Source of the DNA: Paraspadella gotoi
Taxonomy: Eukaryota; Animalia; Chaetognatha
Assembly: GCA_051294375.1 (NCBI GenBank)
Contig: CM119269.1
Coordinates: 915,842-979,841 of the forward strand
DNA: 64,000 bases
Reading direction: 5' to 3'
A program made the position numbers and the translations under genes. Positions 27,486-39,438 of the stretch are shown piece by piece (the stretch's first letter is position 1; each line of letters begins with the position of its first letter). The notes under the pieces are model-generated. The model was not told the DNA's origin. It saw only the letters and a list, made by a program, of their open reading frames with translations, and ran no database searches.

Positions 27486-29102
27486 TTGATCTCGTTTCGG
27501 CTTGAATCGATCCCCAGTACCGAGCTCTCGGGCGATCGCGTCCCCGCCCTTCGATCGGAGACCATCTCCAGTTCGTGCGTCTCGAGTCCTCCGTCGATCC
27601 TCAAGCAGCGTTCGGAGACCGGGACTCCTCGCCGTCGCCCGCACAACGTTGATCCTCTTCAACGCGACGCCGTCAGATTTAAAGAGACCGAGTTCCGGTT
27701 CGAGTCTCCGACTGACACTGGTTCCGATCAGCCTCTTGATTCTTCCGATGACGCGCCTTCTCAGCGTGACCGCCGCAGCCTTTCGCGCGATTCCAGGGGT
27801 CGACGCCTGCGTTCCAACAGTCGGCCCGGATCGAAAGAAAAGGACGCTTGGAGCGACTCCTCGAGACGGGTGAAAGATTTCGGGGCGTCCGCTAGGGGTT
27901 TCGAAGCGACCAGGGGGTGTTGATAATGGTTTCAGGCTTCAGGACAGCATGCCAGACGGCGTGTACGGGACTAATGATGAATCGGTGACTATGATCGGTA
28001 AATATCCGGCAGACCTATCGCCGAAGACCGTCCAAATGCAATCGGACTTTTGACCGAGCGTGCCTTGCCGTCTGTCGTCGCGAAACACCAATCGTGTGGA
28101 TGAAGAGCGCAGCCTGATCGACGAAATCGCAGAATTTGGATTGCCGTTGAGACGCAGTCGGAGCACCTCGTTTGTTGGAGTTGCTCGCGGAAAAATTCCA
28201 AGCAGGTAGTGCTCGTCGACTTTTATGTTGCACGTAATTTTGCACTCTGCATCGGCAGATCGTGGTTCATAACGCTGCCAAGATATCAGAACCAAAAAAA
28301 ATTAGAATAAAATCAAATTTCATTGCTATAGACGCCCGAAGTTGCGCCGTGCGGGCGTCACGCGTTACGCAGGCGACCGTCTGCCCGGCTTGCAACAAGA
28401 ACCTCATCTTCCGACCAAAGAATTCGTCTTTGTCTAATAAGGACCCAGAGGTCGAGGACAACGACTGCGGCTGTCGCTGAACGTGCCGCGGTTTCTACTG
28501 CGGAGGTAATCTTGAGAGAAGGCAAAGAAAGAGGTCTGTGGACCCAGGTCGTCATTGAGTTTGCCGCGTTTTATTTCGAGATGCAAACTGAGCCAATTAC
28601 CGTTCCCCTCCCACCTCGCCTTTAAACCCGGAGCTTGGAAATCCAAAGCAAAAAGCAGAGAACCCTCGCTTCCTCATTCGCGACAAACGCGAAATTTGTC
28701 GGGGACGAGCGGCTATCCCACAGACCCGCGGAACACCGCCATTTCGAACTACAACATGAGAATGTCCGAGTGGAAGAGAGAGACTCTGACGAACCTCTTC
28801 CCAACTTTAACTTTTCGCACACTCCTTCGAGAGATCTTCCCGATGTTCCTGGCAACACTCCCGTCAGCCGCAGTCGAGAATGGAAGATGGCGTCCGAGGC
28901 GCCAATTGAGATTTCCAACTCGTCGGAGAGAACATCGGCGAAGTCGCGTCAACGCAAGGCCAAATATAAAGCGGACAAACACGACAGGATGCCAGCCGTT
29001 GTCGAAGCGAGTGCGGGATCAAACCCCGTGCAAAGCATCGCCTGTCCATTAGATCCGTTGGAGAAGCCCATTGTTAAAGACGGGAGAAAAGCAGGTTTTT
29101 AA
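27486..29102 (+). other. Possible coding region of an unidentified Ser/Arg-rich protein (interrupted frames)
   Basis: A 1.6-kb exon-like GC-rich block holds two protein-like ORFs in the same frame (27486-27923 and 28635-29102), separated by stops. No domain was recognised. Confidence 0.3.
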
Positions 29103-29635
29103 AAAATAGGTTGGTGGGTAGTTAGTAAAACGCTAAGGTTTGTGACCGAAGTTAAAGTTTATTGTACAATGTACTTATGACTACATTTTATTTTCTATAA
29201 CCATACTGCCTTAATATAGTCTAAATGATCCCTTGACCAGTAACCCTTCCTTAAACAAATAAACAACCAACTAACCCTAAATCTTTAATCAAAAATTTGT
29301 CATGACGCTTTGAGTAAGTGAATCTGACATTTGACCTCACTGTTAAAAAGTTTATTTTCATATTGCAAGTAATATACTTTGGGTATCTCTCTCATTGTTC
29401 TCTTTCAGATAAAGTCTGTCGCGAGTCGATAGTATTCAGCTTCAGAGGAAAAAACGATTATTTGTGGTTGTAGTTGTGGTTCAAAGGTTTTTCCGAACTG
29501 TGTCGCCGTCCAGTTTCGCCAGTTTCCAGTTTGACGATCTCCTTGACAAAAACAGGTCTTCCCAAAATGAGTTTTTCATTTTCTCTCTCTCTTCTTTCCC
29601 TCTTTTCTTTCTTTCTTTCTTTCTTTCTTTCTTTT

Positions 29636-29670
<35 letters not shown>

Positions 29671-30090
29671 CTCTCTCTCTCTCTCTCTCACTATATCTTT
29701 TGCCTATCTCATTTCAGACGACGAATTGTGCTATTGTGACCAATACAAGACGCTAGAGGCAGAAGTTGGAGCAAACTTGGAACTGAATGCTTTCAACAGA
29801 GAGGCCAAATAAAGTTTGTCGTTGGAATCGAGACAGTCTGAGGCGGCTCAGTCCCGCACATGTGTCACTCACTTTTAATGTGAATTAAAAATAGAAAATA
29901 AAACATATTTCTTTCCCTTCGGAAATTTGCAAAATTTCTGAACTTGATTCGGTCTAAGTAATGAGTCAAAATTATTTCACTTTAAAATCATTTTAATCTG
30001 TATCATTTAAATTGTAAGGAATCACTTATACATTATTAATATATCGTAATTTGGCTTGTATAATCTTGAAACATTTTCCCGGTGCGTTTT

Positions 30091-30673
30091 TCAACAATAG
30101 CAAGATTTCCGGACGCAAAAAACGGAACCGTTGCACCTAAAAGAAAACAAAAAATATTTAATAAAGTATCATAAATATATATAATGCATATGTTTCTTTC
30201 TTTCAAGTCATGGTCGATAACTATCAGTTAGCGTTACGAAGGTATTTTTGTGAGCGATAAAATTGTCTTGATCGTTGGGACATTCGTACCTGCACTCGCA
30301 ACCCTGGGGACAGTGAACGTTAGTTCCAGTGCAGTCGCCCCTTACTTCGCGCTTTTGCATCGGCTCGTCCAGATGCTCAACATCAATCGATGCGGATTCG
30401 CTCACCTTTCCCAACAAAATAAATAATAATAATGAATAAATAAAAAAATCAATAAAAATTCAATAAACAATTTTTTTCGCAAAGGTACGATGTCAACGTA
30501 TAAATTTCTGTTTGTAATGTTGTATATTCGTCATTTGGATTGTGCTAGAACAACTAATTTCTAATTGGTTCGAGGCCTTTTTTGTTTAAAAAATATTTAA
30601 TATTATTTTTTAAACTTACCTCAGACACAATTACCAAAGCCAAGAGAAGGAACGCAAAACAATGAATCTTCAT
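30091..30673 (-). CDS. Small secreted cysteine-rich prepropeptide (toxin/defensin-like), 71 aa
   Basis: Exons 30620-30673, 30290-30405 and 30091-30136 splice in phase. The product is MKIHCFAFLLLALVIVSEVSESASIDVEHLDEPMQKR-EVRGDCTGTNVHCPQGCECRCNGSVFCVRKSCYC*. Confidence 0.85.
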
Positions 30674-30794
30674 TTTTTTCTTCCTGTCCAATGAAACATA
30701 CAAAACGGTTAAAAAAAAAATATTTCGGAAATATTTCAAGATCATATTTACCTTGAATTTGTCTTCGAAGAGAAATTGATAAATGATAAAGTAT

Positions 30795-30831
30795 CGAATG
30801 AGATTTTACTACAGGTATATTCTATTTATAG
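30795..30831 (-). promoter_or_regulatory. TATA box and initiator of the Cys-rich peptide gene
   Basis: Minus-strand CTATAAATAG (~30822-30831) lies about 30 nt upstream of Inr-like TCATTC (30796-30801). A short non-coding exon and an intron (~30687-30751) follow before the ATG. Confidence 0.6.
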
Positions 30832-31953
30832 GTAGCAGCGTTGAAAGACTATATTGTTTTATTATTACCCGATAAGAGAAGTGGATTTCGTGAAGTTTCT
30901 CTTTTTCCAGATAAATTCTTACGACGCGTAAAAATCTGTTTTCTCGCGACATAGTTTGGGACGGGGAAAAGAATATCTAGGAGCACTCTTCTATCTTTAT
31001 TAATTTATAAATCAATCCGTAATCAAAAAATTGTTTGAATAGTATTTGAAGTTAAAAGTTGTTCTGTCTAATTACCTATAAATCTATCGATAACAATAGC
31101 GAGGTCGATAAAAGTATCTACCAAAATTCTGAACCCATGTAATTACTCATTGTCACAGATGAGCACGAGAGCATCACTTGAAAAACAATTAGAAATATCA
31201 TATCATCAGCTTGCAAAAAAACAAAACTGGTATTTTAACAGATTTTATTTCCAAGCCACAATTAATGCCACCCACTAGAAACAAAGACAACAAAATCATT
31301 GTTTTATCTTTTTATGGCTACAGATTTTCCTTTAATTTATCTACGGAAGCTTAATGAAATTAGAAATTTAAAAATAATATATAATTGAACATTCACATAT
31401 GCAAGAAGAATAAAAAAAAGAATAAAAAAAAAGCAATAAGTAACAATATTTTGTTACGAAAAAAAGCTAAGATTTAAATTCAAATTGATTCAAATTATAA
31501 TATAAAATTGGCTGAACAAATTAAGCATAGAATATCTGTAGGGATAGGTGTCAACCATTTTAAACCTAAACTAATTAAACTTAGAAAAAGAAGTATCAAA
31601 AATCATTTTTTCCCAATTCCATTTACAGAATCTGACTTTAAAGTATTGCTGTATTCTACTGCCTGAACCAATTAAAAAAGCAATATTTTTGCTAAATATT
31701 TTCTCAAAATTAAAAAAGAAATAGTGGTTTAACCAATTTCATAATGAAAATGAATAAAAAAAAAGAAGTAATACAAATTACAAATTATAAATTAGCTTTT
31801 ACAAATATTTTTTATTATACAGAATTCACATAAACAACTATCAAAACAGCATACTTGATCCACCTGCTGTATATCTAATTTCCATTAAATATGATTTTAT
31901 CATATTTTAAAGTTTTTTTGAAAATCTGAATCTAGATTCAGGCACTTTGTTCG

Positions 31954-34900
31954 TTAAAATTTCATCTTCAAGCTTCCACAACCAGAAGAGTAGGAAAGAA
32001 GAGCGAGGCTCGACATTCCGCGATCATAGGCCTCGTCGCGCCACCTCCCGCATTGACATTCCGCACCGGCTATTTCAAGGATTCCTTCTGATTTTTGCGC
32101 GATCCAGACTGTTGAGTAATTCTGAACAAAGGTCACTCTTGCCGAGAGGGAAAAGGGAATGAGAAAATTTAGTATAAATTTCTTGAATTTTTTTGGGGCC
32201 TTTTTGTTGTTTTGTTCTAATTTAAATAATTAATGATATTAATCGCCCATGATATTGGCTACAACGTCAACCAGAGCTACATCCGTGATGCCGGGGCTTG
32301 GGCATCTTACCGGCAGCTGTTTTCGGCTTTTGACGCAGTGACCAATGAACATTTACTAACCCCATGTCAGTGGCGTGTTTAAATCGGAACCAACACACTT
32401 TACTTAGTGAGACATTTAGGGTATTATAACAGAAGCGTCTGTTGAGTGTTTAGGATATCGCTATTATCGCTAGTTCGCCACACAACGCACTTAAGCGATT
32501 TTTGTCTTTTGTCCGTATTTTTTGCCATACATGGGGCTAAAAATATGTTAAAGATAATCGCTTTCCCTTTAAATAAACTCAAAATTTGACTGGTAACGAG
32601 ACTTGCCTGACTGAATTTTTGCACAGATTCTCAACTTTTCCGAAGGCGCCTTCCAAGCTAAGTTTCCCAAGGACGAGCTGTTTTATTCTGTCGCATGGTT
32701 AGCTGTTATATATAATATATATTATGAATATTATACCACTTCCTTGACAAGGTACTCTGGGGAGTGAATAAACGAGAATGTGAGAGAGGTCTTGATTGAA
32801 AGCTTGCAGGGACCTGCTTATGTCATTATCTTGTAAAGAGTGATGGGAGGCCTTAACCACTAAAGCCTGTCCAAAGTCAGGGGCAAGATAGCTTAATCTA
32901 TTAAATGTATTGATAAATTTTTTATATTGGTTGTACCAATTTCATAAAATTCAAGCTCCTTGTATTTTTTGATGCTAGTTGCGGAAGTACAATAAGTATT
33001 CCCCAATCATAATACTTAAGGGAGTGGTCCTTTTCATACAATTGAAAACATACCTTTGAAATATTAAATACATGTGCCGGTATAATTCACACCGCCTCAC
33101 GTCCACCCATCCGTCAGCCAAATCCATTGGCTCAGAGGGGGAAGCACACCATCCCAGGCGTAGTGTTCAATCCACAGTCCTAAAGACTTCCCTCTGCGTT
33201 GCAAAAGCGAGACGGTCCTAGGGTAAACCGCGCCAGTGACTGAGGGCGTCACTTGAGGGTCGGAAGCCGCCCAAGCCAACAGTGAGATTGCCCATCCAAT
33301 GGGCAATCAAGGCAACCCGGCTGTTGCCATAAGTGGTGAGCCCTACTATCGAACAGCACCTTCTCAGGGTACGCTACGACAAACGCCTATGCCCGCGCTC
33401 GGGGTACGCTACGCAACCTACCTGGTACTACGACAAAAAAACGCCTATGCCCCACAACTCGCGCTCTCCTTCTCTTCTCCCACTTATTGGTAACAGTCTT
33501 GTCAGACACCTCTCAGGCTTGAGGAACCTGAGTGATGTCTTGGCCCGGGAATCCTGTGGCGTATATCACACCGCCTCACGTCCACCATCGTTCAGCCAAT
33601 CCATGGCTCAGAGGGGGGAACACACCATCCCAGCGTATGTTTCACTTCCACAGTCCTAACGACTTCCCTCTGCGTTGGCAAAGCGAGACCGTCCAGGCGT
33701 AACCGCGCCAGTGACTGGAGGCGTCACTGAGGGTCGGAAGCCCCCAAAGCCAACAGTGAGTGCCCCATCCCATGGGCATCACAGGCCCAACTCCGGCTGT
33801 TGCCATAAGTGGTGAGCCCTACTATCGAACACTGCAACTTCTCAGGGTACGCTATGACATAACGCTATGCCCCTGGGGTAACGCTAACGACAAAAAAACG
33901 CCTATGCCCCCACAACTCGCGCTCTCTCTTCTCTCTCCACTATGGTAACAGTCTTGTCAGACACCTCTCAGGCTTGAGGAACCTGAGTGAATGTCTTGCC
34001 CGGGGATCCTGGTGGCGTATATTCACACCGCCTCACGTCCACCATCCGTCAGCCAAATCCATTGGCTCAGAGGGAACACACCATCCCAGGCGTAGTGTTT
34101 CATCCACAGTCCCTAAACGACTTCCCTCTGCGTTGGCGAAAGCGAGGACCGTCCTTATGGGTTACCGCGCCAGTGACTGGAGGCGTCACTGAGGGTCGGA
34201 AGCCCGCCAAAGCCAACAGTGGGAGATGCCCCATCCATGGGATCACAGGCAACCCGGCTGTTGCCATAAACCAACTTTCATTGATAAGGGAAACCAGGTA
34301 ACTCTGGGAGTGAATAAAACGAGACTGTGAGAGAGTCTTGATTGAAAAGCTTGCACGGACCTGCTAATGTCATATACTTGTAAGAAGGCGCTTAAAACCA
34401 CCTAAGGCCTGTACCAAAGTTAGGGGCAAAATAGCTTATTTATTAAAATGAAGGATCATTTTATATTGGTTTGTACCAATTTCCATAGAGGAAATGAATT
34501 TCAACAAATGCTTTGGCAAATCCCACCACTTACATAGATTTTTTAAAAATTATAATACAAGAGCGTTAAAAAGCCGAATCTAATAATATATTAGTAATAT
34601 ATCAGTAGTAGTAGAGTATAGTATAGTAGTATATCAGTTATATGATCCCCTATTTCTAGTTTATTATTTATCTCCAATTCTAAAAAAAAATAAATAACTA
34701 TTCTACAACCTATATTTCTTGTTCCATCGAAACAATCGCCGACTCGAATTTTGTCTGAGTCCAAAAATTCTCCGTAGGAATTGGCTAAAATAAAAGAAAG
34801 AGATTGAATATTGATTTGTTTACCTATTCACTTATCACCCTTTGATTATTATTTATTGTATTCTCCTTTAGCTATGATTAGTTGATATCATCTTATGAGA

Positions 34901-35549
34901 GTTGTTTGGTATCATGCAGGCTAACGTTTCGCTCCCTGACAAAAGTAACAAAATTGAATTTGGTCGGCTCACTCTATATGCGATCACTTATATAGGGGGA
35001 GGAAAGATGAGCTTGCAACGAGCAAAGCTCCAACTCATGTAGCCAAAAAAGGTGATCAAACCGACCCTGGATCGGGTCAGCCCTTACCCTTTGCTGACTT
35101 ACCGTCGGGGTCGTCGAGGTCCTGACCCGCCTTCCTGGCCTGAATGAAGAATCCCATTAGGTCGACGCCACACTCGGTCGATTTAATTTGAATCTTGATT
35201 TCGGCCCCAGGTTCGATAGTTTTGTTGCTTGGGAGCACAACCACGAAAGGCAGCGGCGCCTGGCAGAACGAAAAGTTGGGTATTTTGGATTTCTATTAAT
35301 TTTTAGATTACTTAACTATTGAATTCGATAATTTTTTTTTTTAAAAGGAAAACGAGATTTTATAAAATTGAATTAAGGATAATTTGGTTGCCAAACGGTT
35401 ACCGTTGAGCCGATGACATTTCGGTGCCCGGGTTTCATATCATGGCACAAAGCGGACATATCTCTGACGTTTTCCTTTTTTAGGCGATTGGAGTAGCTCG
35501 ACGCCGACGCAAAGAAAGCCGCCACGCAGAGCGCAACGAAGCAACTCAT
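31954..35549 (-). CDS. Secreted reeler-domain protein (defense protein / ferric-chelate-reductase N-terminal-like); one exon has indels
   Basis: Signal peptide MSCFVALCVAAFFASASS is followed by CHDMKPGH. Later exons read PGAEIKIQIKS...MGFFIQARK (~35103-35260), YGEF...DCFDGTRN (~34710-34784), a frameshifted NH...WKAP (~32610-32702) and VTFVQNYSTVW (~31954-32137). These are the reeler motifs in the expected order. Confidence 0.8.
33073..34268 (+). mobile_element. Tandem TRIM (miniature LTR retrotransposon) array: LTR-internal-LTR-internal-LTR
   Basis: Three ~255-bp repeats (33073-33331, 33555-33807, 34010-34268) have consensus ends TGTGGC...GCCATA. The first two are followed after 2 nt by PBS-like TGGTGAGCCC and a ~200-220-bp non-coding internal region. 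Confidence 0.8.
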
Positions 35550-35597
35550 GCTCGATGTTTTTTTTTATTAAGATCTAAAAGTTGAAAATTTGGAATC

Positions 35598-35892
35598 TAT
35601 GGCAACAGCCGGGAGGCCTGTGATGCCCAATGGGATGGGGCACCTCACTGTTGGCTTTGGGGGCTTCCGACCCTCAGTGACGCCTCCAGTCACTGGCGCG
35701 GTTACCCTTGGACGGTCTCGCTTTGCCAACGCAGAGGGAAGTCGTTAGGACTGTGGAAGTGAACACAACGCTTGGGATGGTGTGTTCTCCCTCTGAGACA
35801 ATGTGATTGGCTGAACAATGGTGGAGGTGGGGCGGTGTGAATAATATTCTAATAATATATATTATTATAATATAACTGAATATACCACCACA
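35598..35892 (-). mobile_element. Solo LTR of the same TRIM family
   Basis: A reverse-complement LTR copy with a ~35-bp AT-rich insertion. The flanks aatc/aacc are a possible 4-bp TSD with one mismatch. Confidence 0.8.
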
Positions 35893-36311
35893 AACCAACG
35901 ATTTTGTATATTTGTATATTTGTGTTGGTATATTTATCAATATATCAATTTAAAAAAACATTGTTAAAAACGAGATGGTAAATAGAGTTCAAGCCTTGAG
36001 AAAGTCCGCAAAGCATACAGAGTTAGGAATTAAAACTTATAATATTATTTAAATGGCTAGAGAATTTTAAATATTTTCTCAAAATTTTCATTAAAGAGCT
36101 TAAATCAAAGCCTCGTGTTTATTTTATCATTGCTCCAAATATCATTAACTTATACTAGAAAATGAATTCACAGTGAGCCAGAAGTCGTAAAGTGTCAGTA
36201 TCACTCTTGACATAGATTTTGAATTAATTAAGTACGTAAGGAAGTTGTTATAATTATGTTCAAACTATTACCCAAATATGTTTAATCTTTGCTTTCCTTC
36301 CTTTAGTTCCC

Positions 36312-36429
36312 TTAGTGTTACAGGCGGGTTAAGCGCCCCGTCCCTCTTAACTGCCAGACGATCACAGGGCAAGAACTCCGGACCTTTGGGTTGGGAGGCG
36401 AATGACTTGCCTCCGGCACTAATGGCCGC
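36312..36429 (-). mobile_element. tRNA-derived (Gly-like) SINE head or degenerate tRNA-like sequence
   Basis: The minus strand reads GCGGCCATTAGTGCCGGAGGCAAGTCATTCGCCTCCCAACCCAAAGGTCCGGAGTTCTTGCCC. This contains an A-box-like segment, tRNA-Gly-like TCGCCTCCCA and a degenerate B box. A second partial copy lies at 63210-63247. Confidence 0.5.
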
Positions 36430-36916
36430 TGAGGAACGGTTGGTGGATTTTAGTCCACCATACCTATTATTCAGTTAAATTTAGATTAATTAATCTTCTA
36501 CTATCAATATTCGAAGTTTTACATATGAAAAATAAATGTTTTTCAAAATCAATATGAATCTTCAAATGGATTTTAGGAATGTTTATGAAAATATTTGATC
36601 TTTAAATCTGAAAAGGACTCCGTTTTATTTCGAGACACTCCCTGAGAGAAACCTGAATCTGAGAGGAATCTGAGAGGAATCTGAATTTCAGGTTTTTGCG
36701 TCGAAAACAATTTTGATTTGAGGGATCTCTAGCTCTGTTTTTTTTCTACTTTAATATAGTATAGCAATTTAATATATAGTTACATTTTAGTAGCGTCAAT
36801 ACTCTATTAGTTTATGATAGCTTGTTGCTTTTATTTTTAATTATTTGTTTCACTCATTTTCCTCCGAAGACGGGTGACATCTTACGGATGTTCATTTGTT
36901 GTTTGTTGAAAAGATA

Positions 36917-37487
36917 CATGGTGACAATTTTACAAGCGCCGGTAGAAATACGCTGTCATTTGCAAACCAGTGGTTATTTCATTTATTTTATAAATTAGTG
37001 GAATAGAAAATACTAAAACCATTTATGTGTTAAAATTTTATATTGATCAGTTAAGATATGGCTTGACAATGAGCGGAGAAAGTTGGCTTTTCAAATGGGG
37101 TTTCATTTTCCAACTCACTGTTTTTAAATTCAATATTTTTTTTAACTTTTAAAACTTTTTAAACAAAGTAATTATTAAAATATTAACAATATTTATATCC
37201 TCAGAAAGCCCCTAAAAATATGAAGAATGTTATAATTACGAAAGCTTTAACATAAAACGTAAGCTGCCCAGCCTTGGTACAATTAAGAATATCAAAAATT
37301 AAAGACGATTTTCATATCCATCTTCCTGCTATCATTGCTGAGGCATATCAAAGTCGATTCTTATAAAATTTGTATATATAAAATAGTTTGGGTTTTACTT
37401 TTAAATTCATATTTAACATTGCAAAAATCTTCATGGGTTTGCAAATGACAGCGTTTTTCTACCGGCGCTTGTATAATTGTCACCATG
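36917..37487. mobile_element. MITE, Tc1/mariner type
   Basis: Near-perfect ~52-bp terminal inverted repeats (CATGGTGACAATTTTACAAGCGCCGGTAGAAATACGCTGTCATTTGCAAACC) have TA on both sides and enclose an AT-rich non-coding interior. Confidence 0.85.
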
Positions 37488-37551
37488 TATGTGAGTGAAG
37501 AATTATACATAAGCTTTAAAGCAAAATTTCATGGCTACCTTCTTTATGTTA

Positions 37552-37634
<83 letters not shown>

Positions 37635-38651
37635 CATGATTTACGCTTCATTCCCGTGACCCTCGCCTCTTTCTCTCTCTTCGCTTTCAACCATCGACTT
37701 TCCAGGTTCGGGTAGATTTAGGCAGGGGGGGGGTCGAGAGGGGAGTGAGGGGGTGGGGTAGGGCGGAAGCCATTGCATTTTGGATATGAAAAATTGTAAA
37801 GATTTTGAGTTAGAGGAAGAAATAAACTGTTATAACAAAAAAAAAAACAAAAAAAAAACCTCAATGTGTCTAGAGGTGAGTCTTTGAAAAAAACTGAATA
37901 TCAATGAAATTGCTTTGTTTTTCACAACTTCTTCGACGTGTGAGGACTATCCTAGCTCTGCAGACTGAAGCCATCCCCGTTTTTGTATAATTCTGGCCAT
38001 AACCGAGTCTAAAGTCTGATGACCAAAACTGGAGCGGATCTTCGCAAAGGACAAAGGTCTTTGCGGAATAGAAAAAAGGAATAAAAGATCAAGAAGAAAA
38101 AATTATTATTTATATCTCTGTTTTTATATTTTTTTTTTGGTGGTTATTTTTTTCAAGGTCAACCATGAAAAATCCTGATGTGATTTTAGATTAAAAAAAA
38201 AAAAAGAAGGAAATCAGTGATTTTTCCGCTCGTTAACTTAAAAGTCGTTAAGGAATAACGACGATGTTGCTGAGGCTTTAGTCGTCCGCAGAAAGAGCGC
38301 TTCGCCCGCCTTACAAAGTGAGGGGCGTGTAACGGGGTCGACTTCGGGACTGGACGGCCCCGGGATGTACGACGCTGCCCTCTCCAGTCTCCACGGATCA
38401 CCCGTCGGGGTCGTGGATCAGTTATTGGGGTCAAAGGTCACTTATCCTCGGAAATGCGGAGGATCGCCCTAGCGGTTTTTCTAATTTTTTTTATAGAAAT
38501 AATGGGATTATTAATGAATTACTAAAAAAAAAACCAGTTCTATAACATAATATAAATAATAATAAAGTTAATACAAACTTAGTCGCTTTTGAAAAAAATA
38601 ATTCTGGCTCCTTCGAGAGATTTGTTTTACGTATATTTTTGGTAACATAAC

Positions 38652-38823
38652 ATATTACAAAGAATATTACAAAGAATATTACAGAGAATATGTCAAAGAA
38701 TATTACAAAGAATATTACCGAGAATATTACAGAGAATATGACAGAGAATATTACAATGAATATTACAGAGAATATTACAAAGAATATTAAAGAGAATATT
38801 ACAAAGAATATTAAAGAGAATAT
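38652..38823. repeat. 12-bp minisatellite (AAGAATATTACA)n, about 14 copies
   Basis: Directly visible tandem array. Confidence 0.9.
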
Positions 38824-39205
38824 GCTCAACAAGGCGTTTTTACGCAAATTCATTTTCACAATTGAATTTTCAGTCTTAGGTTTCCAAGAACGGAATCGGT
38901 AGTGAAGAAATATCGGACGTGAAATTCTTTAGGTGAATAAAAAATTACGTTTCTTATCCCAAGATTGAATTTTAAAATGAAATTTGAGCCGCCAAAGCCA
39001 TAAATTTTCTTTTCTTTTTTTTTTTTTGGATTCGTCGTCGTTTTCGTCGTGGTCGTCGTCGTCGTCGTCGCCTTGGTCGTCTTATAAAGGATCGGGTCTC
39101 GTAGAGAAATCATTTGCAATCATCTTCTCGTATCTTGGGGAAGATCATCATTTAAGATCACGAGTTGGCACCGAGTTCGTTGGTGGCGGGTGGGGAGTGG
39201 GTAAG

Positions 39206-39261
<56 letters not shown>

Positions 39262-39342
39262 AAGAAAGAAAGAAGGAAAGAAAGAAAGAAAGAAGAAGAA
39301 GAAAGAAAGAAAAAAGAAAGAAAGAAAGAAGAAAGAAAGAAA

Positions 39343-39438
<96 letters not shown>

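Noticed and set aside
29727-29860. Short TGTGC...AATAAA...GCACA segment as a solo LTR
   Set aside because: It is single-copy in the window with no TSD, so support is insufficient.
33073-34268. Repeat as a CRISPR array, a 5S-carrying Cassandra element or a ribozyme-bearing retrozyme
   Set aside because: The units are long with near-identical spacers. I found no convincing 5S A/C boxes and no hammerhead or HDV core by eye.
36360-36429. Functional tRNA-Gly gene
   Set aside because: The acceptor and T stems do not pair and the B box is degenerate, so it is treated as SINE-like.
38014-38040. CTGATGA followed by a small stem as a hammerhead
   Set aside because: There is no GAAA after stem II.
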